A stretch of DNA of 64,000 bases from Octopus sinensis (Eukaryota), in NCBI RefSeq assembly GCF_006345805.1, contig NC_043005.1:38254001-38318000 (forward strand), read 5' to 3'. Made by a program: the position numbers and the translations under genes. Position 1 is the stretch's first letter, and each line of letters starts with the position of its first letter. Below the pieces are notes generated by a model. That model worked only from the letters and a program-made list of their open reading frames with translations. It ran no database searches and was not told the DNA's origin. Of this stretch, positions 26,289 through 40,921 are shown one piece after another.

Positions 26289-27914
26289 AGAAATATAAAC
26301 TTTTGTACACATTTATGGATATATACATATGTATATTATATATAAATATATGTGTGTGTATGTATTACCCACATTATGGAAGCATTGCATTCCTGAAAAT
26401 ATTAATAAAACAAAATTTCATAATGTTAATTTTGTCTCCCATTAACTTCCATATTACAGAATTCCACATTATGGTAACGTTTTCAGGCACATGGCTTTTC
26501 CATAATGTGTGAACTGCTTGAGCATGTATGTGTGTGTATGTGTATATATATATAAATACACATGCATGTGTGTATATGTGTATTCATGTGTTTGCGTATA
26601 TACATATGTATATAAAGATATGTTTGTATGCATGTATACAAGTATGTATATGTGTACATGTATATATACACACACATAAGGTAAGAAGAGTGAGAGTGAG
26701 AACATGGGAGAACTAAATTTTCATATATACATTGACAGACACACACATGCATATGTGTGTGTGTGTGTATTAGCAATCATAAAATATAGATGCATGTATA
26801 TGTCCGTATATATTTTGGCATATTCAAACGCACACGCAATATATACCTGACTGTTTCAAAGAAATGAATTATTTGGTAAGATTATAATAGAGCTGGTAAT
26901 TGAGAAATACAAATATGGGTAAATTATATACACACCTTATTTGTGTGTGTATATATATGTAAGAATATATATGTATATGTAGTTTTGTGAGTGTGTGGGC
27001 ATAGGAATGTGCTTGTATGCTTATATGCATACACATACATATATAGATATATATATATATACATATATATACATAGATATTTCTATGTATAGACATATAC
27101 ATATATATGTATATATTTACACACACACACATATATACACAAATATATGCAAATATATATAGACAGACATATACACCCACACGTGTGAATTTGTTCAGAT
27201 ATGTCTATATGAATGTGTGCATGTGTATGTATACACATACACACACATTGTCATGTGTGTATATTTACATTAATAATCATATCTCTAAATATACAAACAA
27301 CAATTACTATGTACATAAAAAAAATATAGCCAGACAAATCCACACACACATTCACATACGCAGACACGCACACACATGCATAGACTGTGTGTAAGACAGA
27401 CAACAATCCTATGCTGTCCGTGCAAAAGGTTTGTCCATTAACTAACTGGTGTCCAAGCACTGTACATCTTTTTTTTTTAAATATTTCATTAGCCTTTATA
27501 TTTCTTTCTAATTTTCCCTGTCGCTCTTCTCCTCACACCACTACTGTCTTATTGACACATCCTATCGACCTTGCCCCGTTATTTCATTTTCTCAGTTTGT
27601 GTGATAGCTAACAAAAACCTGAAAGAGATAGAGACAGACACACTGGATTGTTATTTGGGTGTGGCGGGGTGGGCGGACACATAGTGTTAATCATATCCCT
27701 TCTTTTTCAATTTAAACCTGGAAGTGATGGCGAAAGTTATTGTATCATTGTATGGATCAACTTGCTGATGCTGCTTAAGCTGGGTACATGACATGGATGA
27801 AGATAGATTCAGAAGATACAGAGAAGAGAAGAATGAAAGAGTAGGGGTGATAAGGAAATAGGGAAAGAAATGAATTTTACATATTCATAATTATGAATGG
27901 GTATATATATACAC

Positions 27915-27963
<49 letters not shown>

Positions 27964-28410
27964 TATGTGCTCACATATATTTAAATATATATTCATATAT
28001 GTGTGTATGTGTTTGTGTGTGTGTATATATGCATGGATGAGTATTTACATATATATATATATATGAATATATAAATTATGTTTATACTTATATATATACA
28101 TATATATGCACACACATATGGTGCATGTGCACATATGTTCTCATTCATATACATCAATACATTAACACACACATTTATACATTTGTGTACATATGTGTAT
28201 GTATGTATATATATACACATACATACATGCACACACATATATGTCAATATACATGCAATTAATCACATATGTATGCATACTTACATATATATATATATAC
28301 ATGTGTATTGATACAGACATTTATATACATAGTTTCACATACATATATGTATATCATTGTATTTATATATATATATGCAATGTGTATGAGTGTGTGCATG
28401 TGTGTCTGTA
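25260..28410. repeat. Region dominated by alternating purine-pyrimidine (TA/CA/TG) compound microsatellites
   Basis: Read directly from the sequence; several blocks separated by short unique stretches. Confidence 0.85.
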
Positions 28411-28806
28411 AGCATATGCAGCAATTAAATTTTTTAACTCATTTGTTTGGGGAGTTTTTATTTTGTATTTTCTTTATTTCTTGCCAATATTTCAGTTTTT
28501 ACCAGGGTATATAATGACATGTGTACCAAGGCATATATAAAAATGTTTACTTTTTCAGTTTTTTCCATTGATTTAATTTTATATTCTTAAAAATATTTTT
28601 CTCTATTAATTCAAATGTGTCTCCTTATTAAAAAAGAAATAACAGGAATATGCTAATTTTCCATTTAATTTACATAATGTTTAGAAATTATTGACTGTTT
28701 TTCAGTTCTTTTAAAATTTAAAAAAATATCTTGTGTAATATTTCAATTTAATGAATATAGAGATTTGAAAACTTATTATAATCATTATTACTATTGAAAT
28801 GAAACT

Positions 28807-28808
<2 letters not shown>

Positions 28809-28837
<29 letters not shown>

Positions 28838-28873
28838 TATTACTATTATTATTATTATTATCATTACTGTTAC

Positions 28874-28909
<36 letters not shown>

Positions 28910-28922
28910 TGTTACTATTATT

Positions 28923-28953
<31 letters not shown>

Positions 28954-28958
28954 TTATT
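28809..28958. repeat. (TAT)n microsatellite of about 150 bp with TAC/TGT interruptions
   Basis: Read directly from the sequence. Confidence 0.95.
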
Positions 28959-29618
28959 TGTCATCATCCTCATATGTTTTTTCTTTATGGAAATTCTATT
29001 TTTTTTCACTTGTTTTAAAAAAATTAATTTTATAATTATATAAATAATTCCATACAAACTGCTTCTATTATATTTTTTATTTCCTATTTGATTTCAGCCA
29101 TGTGTGTATGTGTGATTAATTCAAGTGTGTTGGTTGAATTGAAGTAATGAGCTAAAAAAAAAAGTGAATGAGTTGTAATTCTGTGGAGGAGACTGATATT
29201 ATGAGATTGTATGACAGATTGTGTTATGTGTTGAAATGTGTATTTGCATCTGGTTGGGGTCAGGGGACGAGGGGAAGATTGACAGAATGAAATGTAAGGG
29301 AGAATACTTGCAGAAATAGCATTGGCTACTCTTCCTTCTTTCTTTTCCTCTCTATCCACTTCTCTTTGGTACCAGTAATTACACATGTTTCATGTTGCTA
29401 TATATATATAAATGTATGTATGTATATATGTATGTATGTATGTATGTATATATATATATATAATATATATATATATATGTATGTATGTATGTATGTATTA
29501 TATATATATATATATATATATGATTGATTGATTGATTGATTCTAGTTTCAGCTTATGAGCTGTGGCCATGCTGGGGCACCGCCATTTGGTGTTGCTACTT
29601 GGTTTCACTTCATGGAGG

Positions 29619-29667
<49 letters not shown>

Positions 29668-30935
29668 CTTTTTATTCTGTAAACATTGATTTTCAGAATG
29701 CAAACATAATAATTCATCAAAGACAGAAGGCATTTGTGATTTAATGGTTTGGTATTTTAACACTACAATTTTTAACTGTAGCATCTTACAATGTCATACA
29801 GAGGGAGAACAAAGAGGAGGAGGAGAAAAAGAAGAAAAAGATTGAGGAGTGCAATGGATGCTCAAATATTTTATATATCAGATCTTCAGCTAAACAGCTG
29901 TATCTCACTTCACTTACCATACATGACATATTGTATCCAAGCAGGGCCCTGCACTTTGGTCATTTCATTCTACTCCAACATGAGTATAAAAAAAAGAAAA
30001 ATAACATGGCTAAATATATACACTAAGTTGGCTCTTAAGGTTTATGGAATTGGGTGTGTGTATTAGCCATGGGTTTTCTGTATACAACTGTGTAACTCAT
30101 CACTAATTTCTACACTACATACTTAGGCAAAAGATTTGCCATCATTTATTCCTTAAGAACTGAGAATAGCCCACTACCACACCACCACTGAACTGTTATA
30201 ATAATTAATCCTTTTCATAGCATCTTAATTGTGGCACATCGATGTCTTTAATAGAGGCTACAATTTATTTGCACGTGTGTGTGTGTGTGTGAATAAAGTT
30301 ATTAGAAAGCATTTTTGATTGAGCTCTCTGTTGTTTAAAATTAGTTATGACTTCACACCCATTATCTCATCATCACCATCATTTAGTGTCAGTCTCTCAT
30401 GCAAGATCTGTTAAGTCAGAGAATTACTAATGCTACAACACCTGCTTTGGGAGAGTTACTTTGGCTTGATGCCTTCCTTGTGCCAATCATTTTACAGATC
30501 AGAGTGTGTTAGGTGGGTTTTTCCATGACACCGGCATTAGGTCACCTTGCAGCTAGGAAGACTAAGGGAATTAAAGTGGTTTTTACTAGAACTGAGGGAG
30601 AATAGCAGGAAGAGAGAAAGCATAATGATCTTGATGGAGGCAGATGAGCGACAATAAAAGTAAGATGAGAAGAACAACTTCATATTTGTGAGAGCATAGT
30701 AGTGGAATGAGTAACAACGTAAATGGTATTGGAAGGGAGAACAGCATGGAACCAGGGGAAGGGATTAATGTCAGAGATTATTGAAGAGAGGGACATAAGA
30801 GTGATAAGATGCATTGTGTAGGGGTGTTCAAGGCTATTCTACATTGTAAGATAAATTATGGACAGCATGTGTGGTTGAAAAGGGACAAAGGAGAGGATGA
30901 ACAGACAAGGATGATAAAGAATCCTATTTCTTTAA

Positions 30936-31155
30936 CCCTTTAACATTTAAAACAGCCATATCCAACCAAAATATTCTACTCATTTTGTGTTCAAACTGGC
31001 CATATTTAACCTCTCACACCTGCCCTACACTATCACTCTAAAAATAAACAATTACGTCATCTAAATATCAAAGTTATAAAATAAGGCATGATTAATTCAA
31101 AACAATGTGAATAAATAAGCATTTCATTTGACTGAGTCATCTGAATGCTAAAGAG
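30936..31155. mobile_element. piggyBac-type MITE (220 bp)
   Basis: TTAA|ccctttaacattt ... gaatgctaaagag|TTAA: TTAA on both sides and 10/13 matching TIRs. Confidence 0.75.
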
Positions 31156-31194
31156 TTAACAGAAAGTGAGGGATAGGGTTGTAGGGATAGGCCG

Positions 31195-31238
<44 letters not shown>

Positions 31239-32979
31239 AGGGAATGTTGAGGGGCAGAGAAACTGTGGAAAAAGGAGAGTGAGATGGAGCAGGGGTGAGC
31301 GCAGTGAGAGTAATGAGAAAAAGAGAAGTTAGAGGGTACTGTCAAAATAGGGGGGAAAGGGGAAGAACAGTGGTTGAATGCAGAGAAAACATCCTAAATA
31401 GGGGAGAGGCTGGAGAGAGAGAGAGTGAATGATAGGAGAAAGGGGAGAAAGGCAGTGGATGAAAGTAGTCTGAGAAGGTAAGGTCTGTGGCCACCTTAGG
31501 TGTGTAAGGACTGGTAGTGAGATAAAGACAAAAGTAGATTTTGGGTGCCAACAGAGGTGACTAGAAGTATGTGTACTGGTTGGTAGAGGGTGATGCTAAA
31601 GTGTTTAGAGCAGAGGCATGGGTAGTCTAGTGCAGCCTCTTACAGCTGAGCCAATAGAAGGATGGAGTGTTTGAGTGAAGTGGATGATGAATCTGTGGTC
31701 TGCCCAGATAGTGACGGATGAAAAGAAGAACATCATATAAGGGTAAGTAAAGATACAGAGAGGAGGAAGTGCTAGGATGCAAGGACAGGAAAGGTAAACA
31801 GGTGGGTTTGGCAGGGAAAATAAATATATCTATATAACTATACATACTATGGCTTCTAAAACTACCTCATATCAAGGTATGTTTTGCAATGGGTGGATGG
31901 TTCTTCTGTAGTACCACATATCACCAGTGAGCACAGTCCTTTGTCAGCTCTTCCAGAAGATGTAACTTCCTCAAATCAGCCTTCACCATTTCCATCTCTT
32001 CCTTGGTCTCACCAGGCCTGTCTTTAATTGTGGCTACATTGCTGAGTGCAGCCCTAAAGTTTTAGAACAGACAGGAAGAAAGGGTGGATTTTCAGTAATA
32101 AGACTTTTTGATTCTTGGCTTGTTTCTCTTTGACAATTTCTGTAGCTCTAAAGAGTGGTTGTTTGGGATGTCCAAATATGCACTCCCAAAACATTCTTTT
32201 TCCCAAAACCCAAGACTTTTTCAGGTAACTAACTCACACACATAAGGTATGCATTTTCTACAAAATAATAATAATAATAATTCATGATGTATCTGAAAAG
32301 AGGACAAAAATGTTAAATAAATCATTTTAATCCAAATCCTAACTACCTCCTTTATATATATAAAATATGTACACCACTTCAAACAATCTATACATATGTG
32401 AGTGTAGAGAGAGAGAGAGAGAGATGTGTACTTATGTATGTGCTTGAAATAAGAAGAATGTGCTTGTGCATAAATATGCATGTGTATGTAAATCTATATA
32501 TGTTTACATATACTTATAAAGCTTTATATACAACAAACATATGAAAACATTCAAATACTAAATTGGAGGATCAATCATTACATGTTAGTAGGAAACATGT
32601 TTGTTGACTTTTGCAAGGAAAGGTTGGCAGTGACTATGAATTTTCTGACAACTTGTTGTCTAATGATGATATGTAAGCCAACACTTGTAGAAATTATTAA
32701 ATACATAAGTATATATACATGTATTATATGTGCATGTGTTCATATATGTATGTGTGTGCATGTGTGTGTGTGAATTAAGGCTACCGTTGGTTTCATGTCA
32801 ACAAAATTAAGAAAATATCTTAATATCTTAACAATTTTTCAAGCTGATCTTGTTAAGACATTAAGATATTTTTTTAATTTTTTATTAACATGAAACCAAC
32901 GGTAGCCTTAATTCACAAATAAAGAAACGGTATCCACCAATGTGGTGTTGAGCACTCGTTTTCATCATTTGAGATTTAC

Positions 32980-33014
<35 letters not shown>

Positions 33015-33949
33015 CAGATGCTTCTCCATAGTTACAACCATTGGGCTGAAACATAAAAGAAATATATGTGTGTGTGTATGAGAGAGAGAGAAAGATGTAT
33101 TTATATAGATATTTTAAAACTCCTGTTGACTGGAGCTTTAATTTTCACCTGACAACTCATTCACAATCAACAGAATATAAGGTGAAATTTCACATCCCAG
33201 TTTTACACACTCATACAGACACACACAGATACATACATACATACATACATACATACATACACACATACACATACAACTGTATAAGATTCATTTCTTAAAC
33301 TATTCAATACAGCAATTATGTATTAAGATATGGCTGATTGGCCAATAATGAAAGAACACATAAGTTAGAATTCCATTTGAAAACAAAGAATAAGGAAAAG
33401 AAGGAAAGATTTTCAGTAGAACTTCTGTTTAGAATTTCTGATTTTGGTTGGTTGAATATCTGATAATAACAGCCACTGTGTGCAGTAGAGGTGGTGGTGG
33501 TGGTGGTGGTGGTGGTGGTGAAAGTGATAACGAGGGTGGTGATTAGTTGAATGATGAAGTATAGGAAGATGATGATGAATGATAAACTATGGTGGTGGTG
33601 GTGGAGTTAGTTGTGGTGATGTTGATGAAGAATTTGTTGCTAAAGTTTGTAATACTGCTGTTTGTGGTGATGAACAGGAAGTTGATGATGCCGCTAATGT
33701 GTAGGTTTAAGATAATGAAAAAGCTGTATACAGAGTTGGAAGCAGAAGAGGGTGGTAAGTAATTATAAGAAGAGTAACACAAAGTAGACAATAACAACAA
33801 CAAACAATAACGAATTTCTAAACAGTAGGTGGACCACAATTACAACAGTTGTAGTTATAATAATGATAAGGATTTCTTATATTGGCCACAAGGCCCCCAA
33901 GACATTGAAGACTTCATCAAAAGACTAAATACAACACAAAAAGATGATG

Positions 33950-34006
<57 letters not shown>

Positions 34007-35352
34007 GTTTCTGTTTAGAGGAAAAATTAGTCAATTCCATCGTACCCAGTACTTGACTGATACTTTATCAATCTCAAAAGGATGAATGGCAAAGTTGACC
34101 TCAGCAAGATTTGAACTCTGAAATAATGATAACATTAAAATAAAATATCAAAGCTAATCTACAAAGATTGCACAATTTTTTCTTTTTTTAAAGGAATGTC
34201 ACTTATGTGTTTCAGTGTGCAGGGGCCCCTCAGGTCAAAAGGTGAGATGTCTGAATTTAGCTGAATTTAATCAACCAGCCTGACCACTGAATAAAGTACC
34301 TGCCTGCCACATGAAAACTCATAATGAAAAGTGACAGATTTGAAAGGACCCCTTCGGGAATGCTGACCTTACCTTCATGATACAAGTCTTCTGCCTGATA
34401 TGATTATGCCTAAGCTATGTTTATCAGACCTGAGATAACTTAATCCTGATATCATCATAGATTAGATACGTGGTGGTAGTGATGGTGGACAGATAAAATC
34501 ATTAGAGCATTGCAAAACAAATAATAAAAACTCACTGTGGTATTTCTGCTGACTCTTTACATTCTGAGTTCAAATTCTGTTCAAGTCAACTTTGCCTCCC
34601 ATCTTTCCTCGTCAAGTACTAGGGTCAATACTGACAAATCCTTTCTCCACAAAAATTACTGGCCTTGCAGAATAAATGAACTTAACACAACCCAAAATAA
34701 CATTTCTGTAGAACTATGATTAATAAGGACACAATTTTTTTATCTTTTTCCATTTTTATTAACTCATGTATAAAGATTAAATCCCAATCTTGTATTTAAT
34801 ATAAATGAACCAGTTTTGAAAAACAAGAAAATTTAGCTGAAATTTCAGCACTTTTAAATGTGCCTACCTGCCTTCATTCATTTCCTCCTCTTTGTTTCTC
34901 CTTATCTTCTCCTCCAACCACTACCTAACATCGAGACATCAGGCCAGCATTTCATTTTTTTTTTGTTTTTTAATATATATTTGCCATCAAAAGGCATTCA
35001 CATATCCAAACAGTTAAAAGGGACAAGCCCCATCCCTTTTGTTATTTTTCATCTTTTTTTTAATCATTAATTTATACACAAATTACTCTGACTTATAGCA
35101 ATTAGGATTGTCTGTGTTTGTAAACATAGAGAAAATATCAGAGAATCTTACTATTTGGCCTTCATGAAAATAACCATTTGAGTTGAGAAATAACCTACTA
35201 CAAATGTGATCACTGCATATCATTGTTATATGTTTCTTCCATGGATGTCACATGTGGAAAGGCAAAATAACTACAGCAAAATTTGATATGGCATTGGAAT
35301 TTCTTTGTTTACAGCATTGTTATTGCTGTTGTTTTTGTTTTTGTTGTTGTTA

Positions 35353-35400
<48 letters not shown>

Positions 35401-36199
35401 GATGATGATGATAATATCTAATAGTAAATCTTTCTAATTTTGGTGCAAGGCTAGCAATTTTGAGGGAAAGTGACAAGTCAATTACATCAAACCCTCTACT
35501 TGACATTTTATTATATCAACCCTGAAAGGATGAAAGGTAAAGTCAACAGAATTTGAACTCAGAACATAAAAAAAGAAGAAATGCCACTAACCATTTTGAC
35601 TGATGACCTGATGATTCTATGAGCTCACAATCTTAATTATATTGATAAAAATAGTGATGATAATAATGATAATGCAAAAAAAAAAAGCATCAGAGCTCCA
35701 GACTAGTTTTCCTTATACTATTTAATCTTGTCTTTGCCTTTTGAATTCATATCATACTGTACATCAATTTTGTCTATCTCTGAGGTTAATATAATACAAA
35801 GATTTAAACTGGGATTAGTTTAATTGACTGTACACCTTCACAACAGCATTAGGCTTTGTTCAATAGTAAAAAAAAATCGTTTTAATCAAAAAAGGAAAAA
35901 AATCATGAAGTAAGCCAGACAGAACCTTTTGTACTGTTTAGTTCTATTTCTTTAATTTTCAGAGTCCAAAATCTCATCTAACGTTAATAATTGATGCAAT
36001 TAATACTTAGGGTCATTTTCTTCAGTTCTACTTGCCCTCACCATGAACCAGTATAAAAAAAAGATATTATCATGCTACTGCTAGTAGTGTTAATAGCTTA
36101 GCATTTGGCAGTAAGCAGTCACAATAGACTGGCTTCAATCCTCAGCTGAAACCAACTTAATAGTCAATCAATTTAAAATAACATGAAGATGGGATTTCC

Positions 36200-36605
36200 A
36201 TAGTTCTCTTCCTTCCTAAGCTTGATTTTTTTAAAACCCTACTGAGATGAACTTTGCCATTTGTCCTTCTGGGATTGATAAAATAAAGCCCAGACAGGAA
36301 CCAGCCAAGACTGATCGCTACCCTTCAAAATTATTGGTTGTTAGCCTCATGCCTAAATCAGGAACTTTTATCATTGTTAATGTTGCTAAGGTAATGAACT
36401 GGCAGAATCATTAGAGTGTCAGAACAAATGCCAAGCAGTTTTAATTTTCCAATTCTTGACAGTGAGTTTACATCTTGCCGTTGTTAATTTTGCCTTTCAT
36501 TCCCACCCCTCTCTTGATAAAAAGCACCAGTCATATATTGGGGTCAAAATAATTGACTAGCATCCTCTTCTCAACATTTCTGACCTTGTGCCTAAATCAA
36601 AAACA

Positions 36606-36638
<33 letters not shown>

Positions 36639-36890
36639 TTGATTATTATTGTTGTTGTTGTTGTTATTACTATCCAGAGTGGGGGATTAGCAGAGTCAGA
36701 AGGGCATTATAAAAGAAAGCTTTATGAAATTTGTTCAAGCTCTTTATATTCTGAGTTCAATTCCTGTAAAGGTCAACTTTATTTTTTGTTCCTTCAGAGT
36801 CAAATCAAAATACCAGTAAAATACTGGTATCAGTTTAGTCAACTAACCTCCTACACTCAAATTTTTAAGCTTGTGCTTATGTTAGAATCA

Positions 36891-36939
<49 letters not shown>

Positions 36940-37160
36940 CATCATCATTACTACTACAACTGAGGGTGGAGCGTTAGCAGAATAAGTAAGGCGATGATTA
37001 AAAAGTGCCATAATTGACTCCTCTGGAGGCAATGAAATAAAGCACCAGTGATATACTGAGGTCAGTTTATTTAACTGTCTGGCCTCAAGCCTGTGTTAGA
37101 AACATTATTATTATTATTATTATTGTTATTATTCTTATTATTATTATTATTACTACTACT
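36200..37160 (+). mobile_element. Head-to-tail cluster of about four family B SINE copies, most with (ATT)n tails
   Basis: Recurring gcagaatc / tttgcctttcat / aaagcaccag / ttgtgcctaaatca / (att)n modules at about 36200-36375, 36388-36670, 36682-36950 and 36962-37160. Confidence 0.7.
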
Positions 37161-37635
37161 ACTACTACTACTTCTACCACCACTACCACCACCACTATCT
37201 TGGCTTTCATTCTTTCAGATTTTGATTAATCTGAATAAGCCAAAAACTGAATGAAATTAAGCATCTCTGCTCTATTCTCCTACAAAGAAACGATCTTGGG
37301 ACTAAGAAATTATCATTTGTGTAGTAGTTAGATGTGTAGAGCAAACCTGAGAAATGAATGTTTGTTGAATGCAGCCAAGAGTAAAAGACTGTCTGTTGTT
37401 TAATCTATGAAACAGATGTAAGAGCAGCAGCTGTGGTGGTGGTGGCTATTATTGATAATAGAAGGAAGAATGCATGTTGTGTGGAAAATTGATATATGAT
37501 GTTAACAGAAGATAGCTAATGATATTACATGCTGAAGATCAGACCTTTAAGAAAGCAGAAACCACACAGATGAGATGACATGTGACTGAACATGTGCAAA
37601 TTTCTTTAATGAGTATTCAACATAGGAAAAAAAAA

Positions 37636-37676
<41 letters not shown>

Positions 37677-38294
37677 CATAAAAATTACAAAAATTATGGT
37701 GATGGTGGTGGTTGTTTTTGTGGTGGGGATGGTAGTAACTGAATTGAAGATTAGTGGTGGTGGTGGTGGTAAAACAAATCAGACCATCAGTAAAGTGTTA
37801 GTTAAAGTGTTATGCAAGTATGTGCATGTGTGCAATTTGAAAGTGTGTGTGTGTGTGTGTGTGTTCATAAGAGTGAATAATTGCATTGGTGAAATTTTAT
37901 GGTTTGAACTGTGTCTTCTTTTGTGAACTGTGCATGTCTATGCGTGGGGGGTGGGGCGTTTGTGTGATGGTGGTGGTGGTGGTGGTGGTGGTGGTGGTGA
38001 TAGTGGATGTAGTGATGGAGGTGGGGGTCCCTGTATTTCCTGTCTTGCACCCAGCTGGCAGTTAAATTCTCCAATCAAAGGTGATAGATGACAAATGCCA
38101 AGAAATACAAAAAAATAAATAAATAAATATATAAATAAATAAATGTAAAGGGAAGAGACTAGAGAAGATTTGAAAGACATCATGAGGTCTTAATAAAAAT
38201 AATACTAAAAAATAATATTGGTAAAGAAATTTGACCAAGTAACAAGGAATAAGAGATTGGATAGTGAGGAAGTGAGAGGAGAGAATGGAAGAAT

Positions 38295-38350
<56 letters not shown>

Positions 38351-39535
38351 AAAAAGAAGGAAAGAGAGCAAGATTTGATCAACATAACCAAATATTTCAC
38401 AGCCAATACTTGGCTATCAAAAAATTGAAAAAAAGCAACAATAAAGGCACAGGGCTCTCTTTTCCTTTAAGGAATACCAATATCATATCACCCATGCTCC
38501 TAAGTGCAGGAATGGTTTCTAATTTCATTTCAGAACAGATCTACAATTCGATTCTTCAGTAGAATTTTTTTAAGAGTTCATTTGATTTTTTTTTTATTTG
38601 CCAACATCTCGGGTTTCCTCAAAAGGTGATCAAAATAATTTTACCTGTCTTTCCCTTCTAAAGGATTTTACTCCTAGTTACCTTATCAACCGGATATAAC
38701 ATCAATCATTTCAAACACAGGGTATGTGTAAGTATCAAAACTCTCTCCCTCTCCCTCTCCCACCCTCTCTTTCTCTCTTCTATTTTTTCCTCTATTCCCA
38801 CCTCCCTTTCTCTCTCTCTCATCCACTTTCTATCACTTTCCTTGTGAAATATGCACAGACTGTTTAAAATTATTATTTTGTTTTTTTTTTCTGTTTTTTT
38901 TTCTTTTACTATAACCCATTGCTAATCAGGTATCATTGTGACCTGGCTATGGGTAACTTTCAGCCAACCCCCCACCAACCTCAAGGTCAGAATCTTCTGA
39001 TGAGTTTTTATAAAAAAAATAAAAGATTTATAAAGTAAAATGAAAAAAAAATAGTGACTTTTTAACAAAGTGTTTTTGTTTCTTTTTCCTTGAATTGGAC
39101 TTTGAACTATTTTTATCTTTCCTTTCAAGCTTACAGTTGTTACTATGGAAACACAACTGCTGTCATGGCAGTTGCAGAAGGCTCAAGATCATAAGCTCAA
39201 TGGTTCAAATTTCATTGTTATTTGCTGCACTAATCAACAAGACCATACAAATGCATGGAAATATTGAAAGGTTTCATCTTATAATATAGAAGAGAAGTAG
39301 ATCTCCATCTGTCTGTTTGTCATAGCATCTATAAGAGGGAGAGAAAGCAGGGGAGGAATTAAAATATATGTCACGTAGTTTTAGAAGGGAAGTAGAAAAA
39401 GTTGCTGTTAGAGAGAGAGTGTGTGTGTGTGCATGAAAGATGGATAGGGAGGTAGTGTTGTCACCATAGTAAATAACAATTATTTTAAGTGCAAGTCTGT
39501 CAACACAACACACTTCAAAAAAAGGAATATATATA

Positions 39536-40695
39536 TGAAGTGGTATTAAAAGGTTCCTGGACTAGTTATGCTTAATAAAAAAAATTTACCTAAGTTTTAA
39601 CATCACCTCTTGAAATTGTATATACCAGTGCAGTATTCCTGCCATTTTTGGAATTTGCTTTGGAAGTCGTTTTTCATATGCAAGTGGAAGACCTGTTATT
39701 CACTGTTTCCTGACAATAGTGTTAAAATGGTGACCTTTGAGTTGTATTTTCATATTGGGGAAGAGATGAAAGTCTGGCAATGCTAAATCTGGTAAAAAGG
39801 GTGGGAGTGGAAGCAATACCATGTTGCTTTTGGCGAGAAATTCTGAAGTGAGGTGTGCTCAGTGAAGAATCCAATTCTTCACACTCCACAGATCCAGTTG
39901 CTTTCACCAAACGTCGTCTCTCAGACACTTCCAAACATCACAGTAGAACTCTCAATTGATGGTTTCACTCTATGGGATGAATTCTTGATGCACAATACCA
40001 AATTTCCAGGGGTGACACTCGTGGTTTGTTTGTTCCTTCTTGAGCCCCGCTTGGCTCATAAGGCTGGTTTCCTTGGCATATAGGTTCTCCACCTGAACAG
40101 GACGCCGGTCCATCGCAGGTGGAAAGAGTGAGAGAAAGTTGTGGTGAAAGAGTCAGCAGAAGCTTGCCATTACCTTCTGCCAGAGCCACGTGTAGCTTAG
40201 GTGTTTCGCTCATAAACACACACATCACCCAGTCTGAGATTCGAACCCATGATCCCTCAACTGCGAGTCCGCTGCTCTAACTACTAGGCCATGTGCCTCC
40301 ACAAGCGTCGTGATAGGTCTTCCAAATCACTAATCATCTTCTTGGGATTTTCTTCCACTTTTGAAGCACCAAAGCCACTTGACACATTATGTACAACACA
40401 TTGCCTCATTGCTGCTAGCTTGTTAATGCAAGCTCAATGTCTCTGTAGCAAACTTCCTAAGTTTAATACAAAATTTCACATTGACTCTTTGTTCCTGTCC
40501 ATGACAAAATCGCAGACTTCAGCATACACATGATCGCAATAACATAAATTTCACAATTTGTAAAGTAAACACAGCAATGTCATTCAGCACACTGCCTCAT
40601 GAAGGTCACTGCTAGTGCTCAGTGTACATACTACCATGTGCTGCCATCTGTTGGTGCACTACAGAACTAGTCTGGGAACTTTTGATACTGTCTCA
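39536..40695 (-). mobile_element. Mariner relic of the same family as 13997-14853, opposite strand, carrying a nested SINE
   Basis: TA|tgaagtggtattaaaaggttcctggactagtt ... aactagtctgggaacttttgatactgtctca|TA. The subterminal sequences match the reverse complement of the 14 kb copy. A PDLA-PDFHLFPNMKIQLKG remnant lies on the minus strand near 39735-39795. Confidence 0.8.
40020..40302 (-). mobile_element. tRNA-derived SINE inserted in the mariner relic
   Basis: Minus-strand head gtggaggcacaTGGCCTAGTAGttagagcagcggactcgcagttgagggatcatgGGTTCGAATCTcag has A and B boxes, followed by a body containing cctgcgatggaccggcgtcctgttcagg. Confidence 0.8.
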
Positions 40696-40874
40696 TATAT
40701 AGTTATTTTTTGCTGTGTGTGTGTGTGTGTGTGTGTGTTTCTGTGTCTTTCAACATATAGACAACAGAACAAAGACTTAAAAAGAGACTATATGTACATA
40801 TATAAATTTTATATATATACATATATATGTACATATATAAATTTTATATATATAGTTAGTTTTTTTGTTGTTTT

Positions 40875-40921
<47 letters not shown>

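Noticed and set aside
25263-29057. Many overlapping YI/CV/HT-rich and poly-Y/poly-N ORFs
   Set aside because: Microsatellite translations with no splice or domain support.
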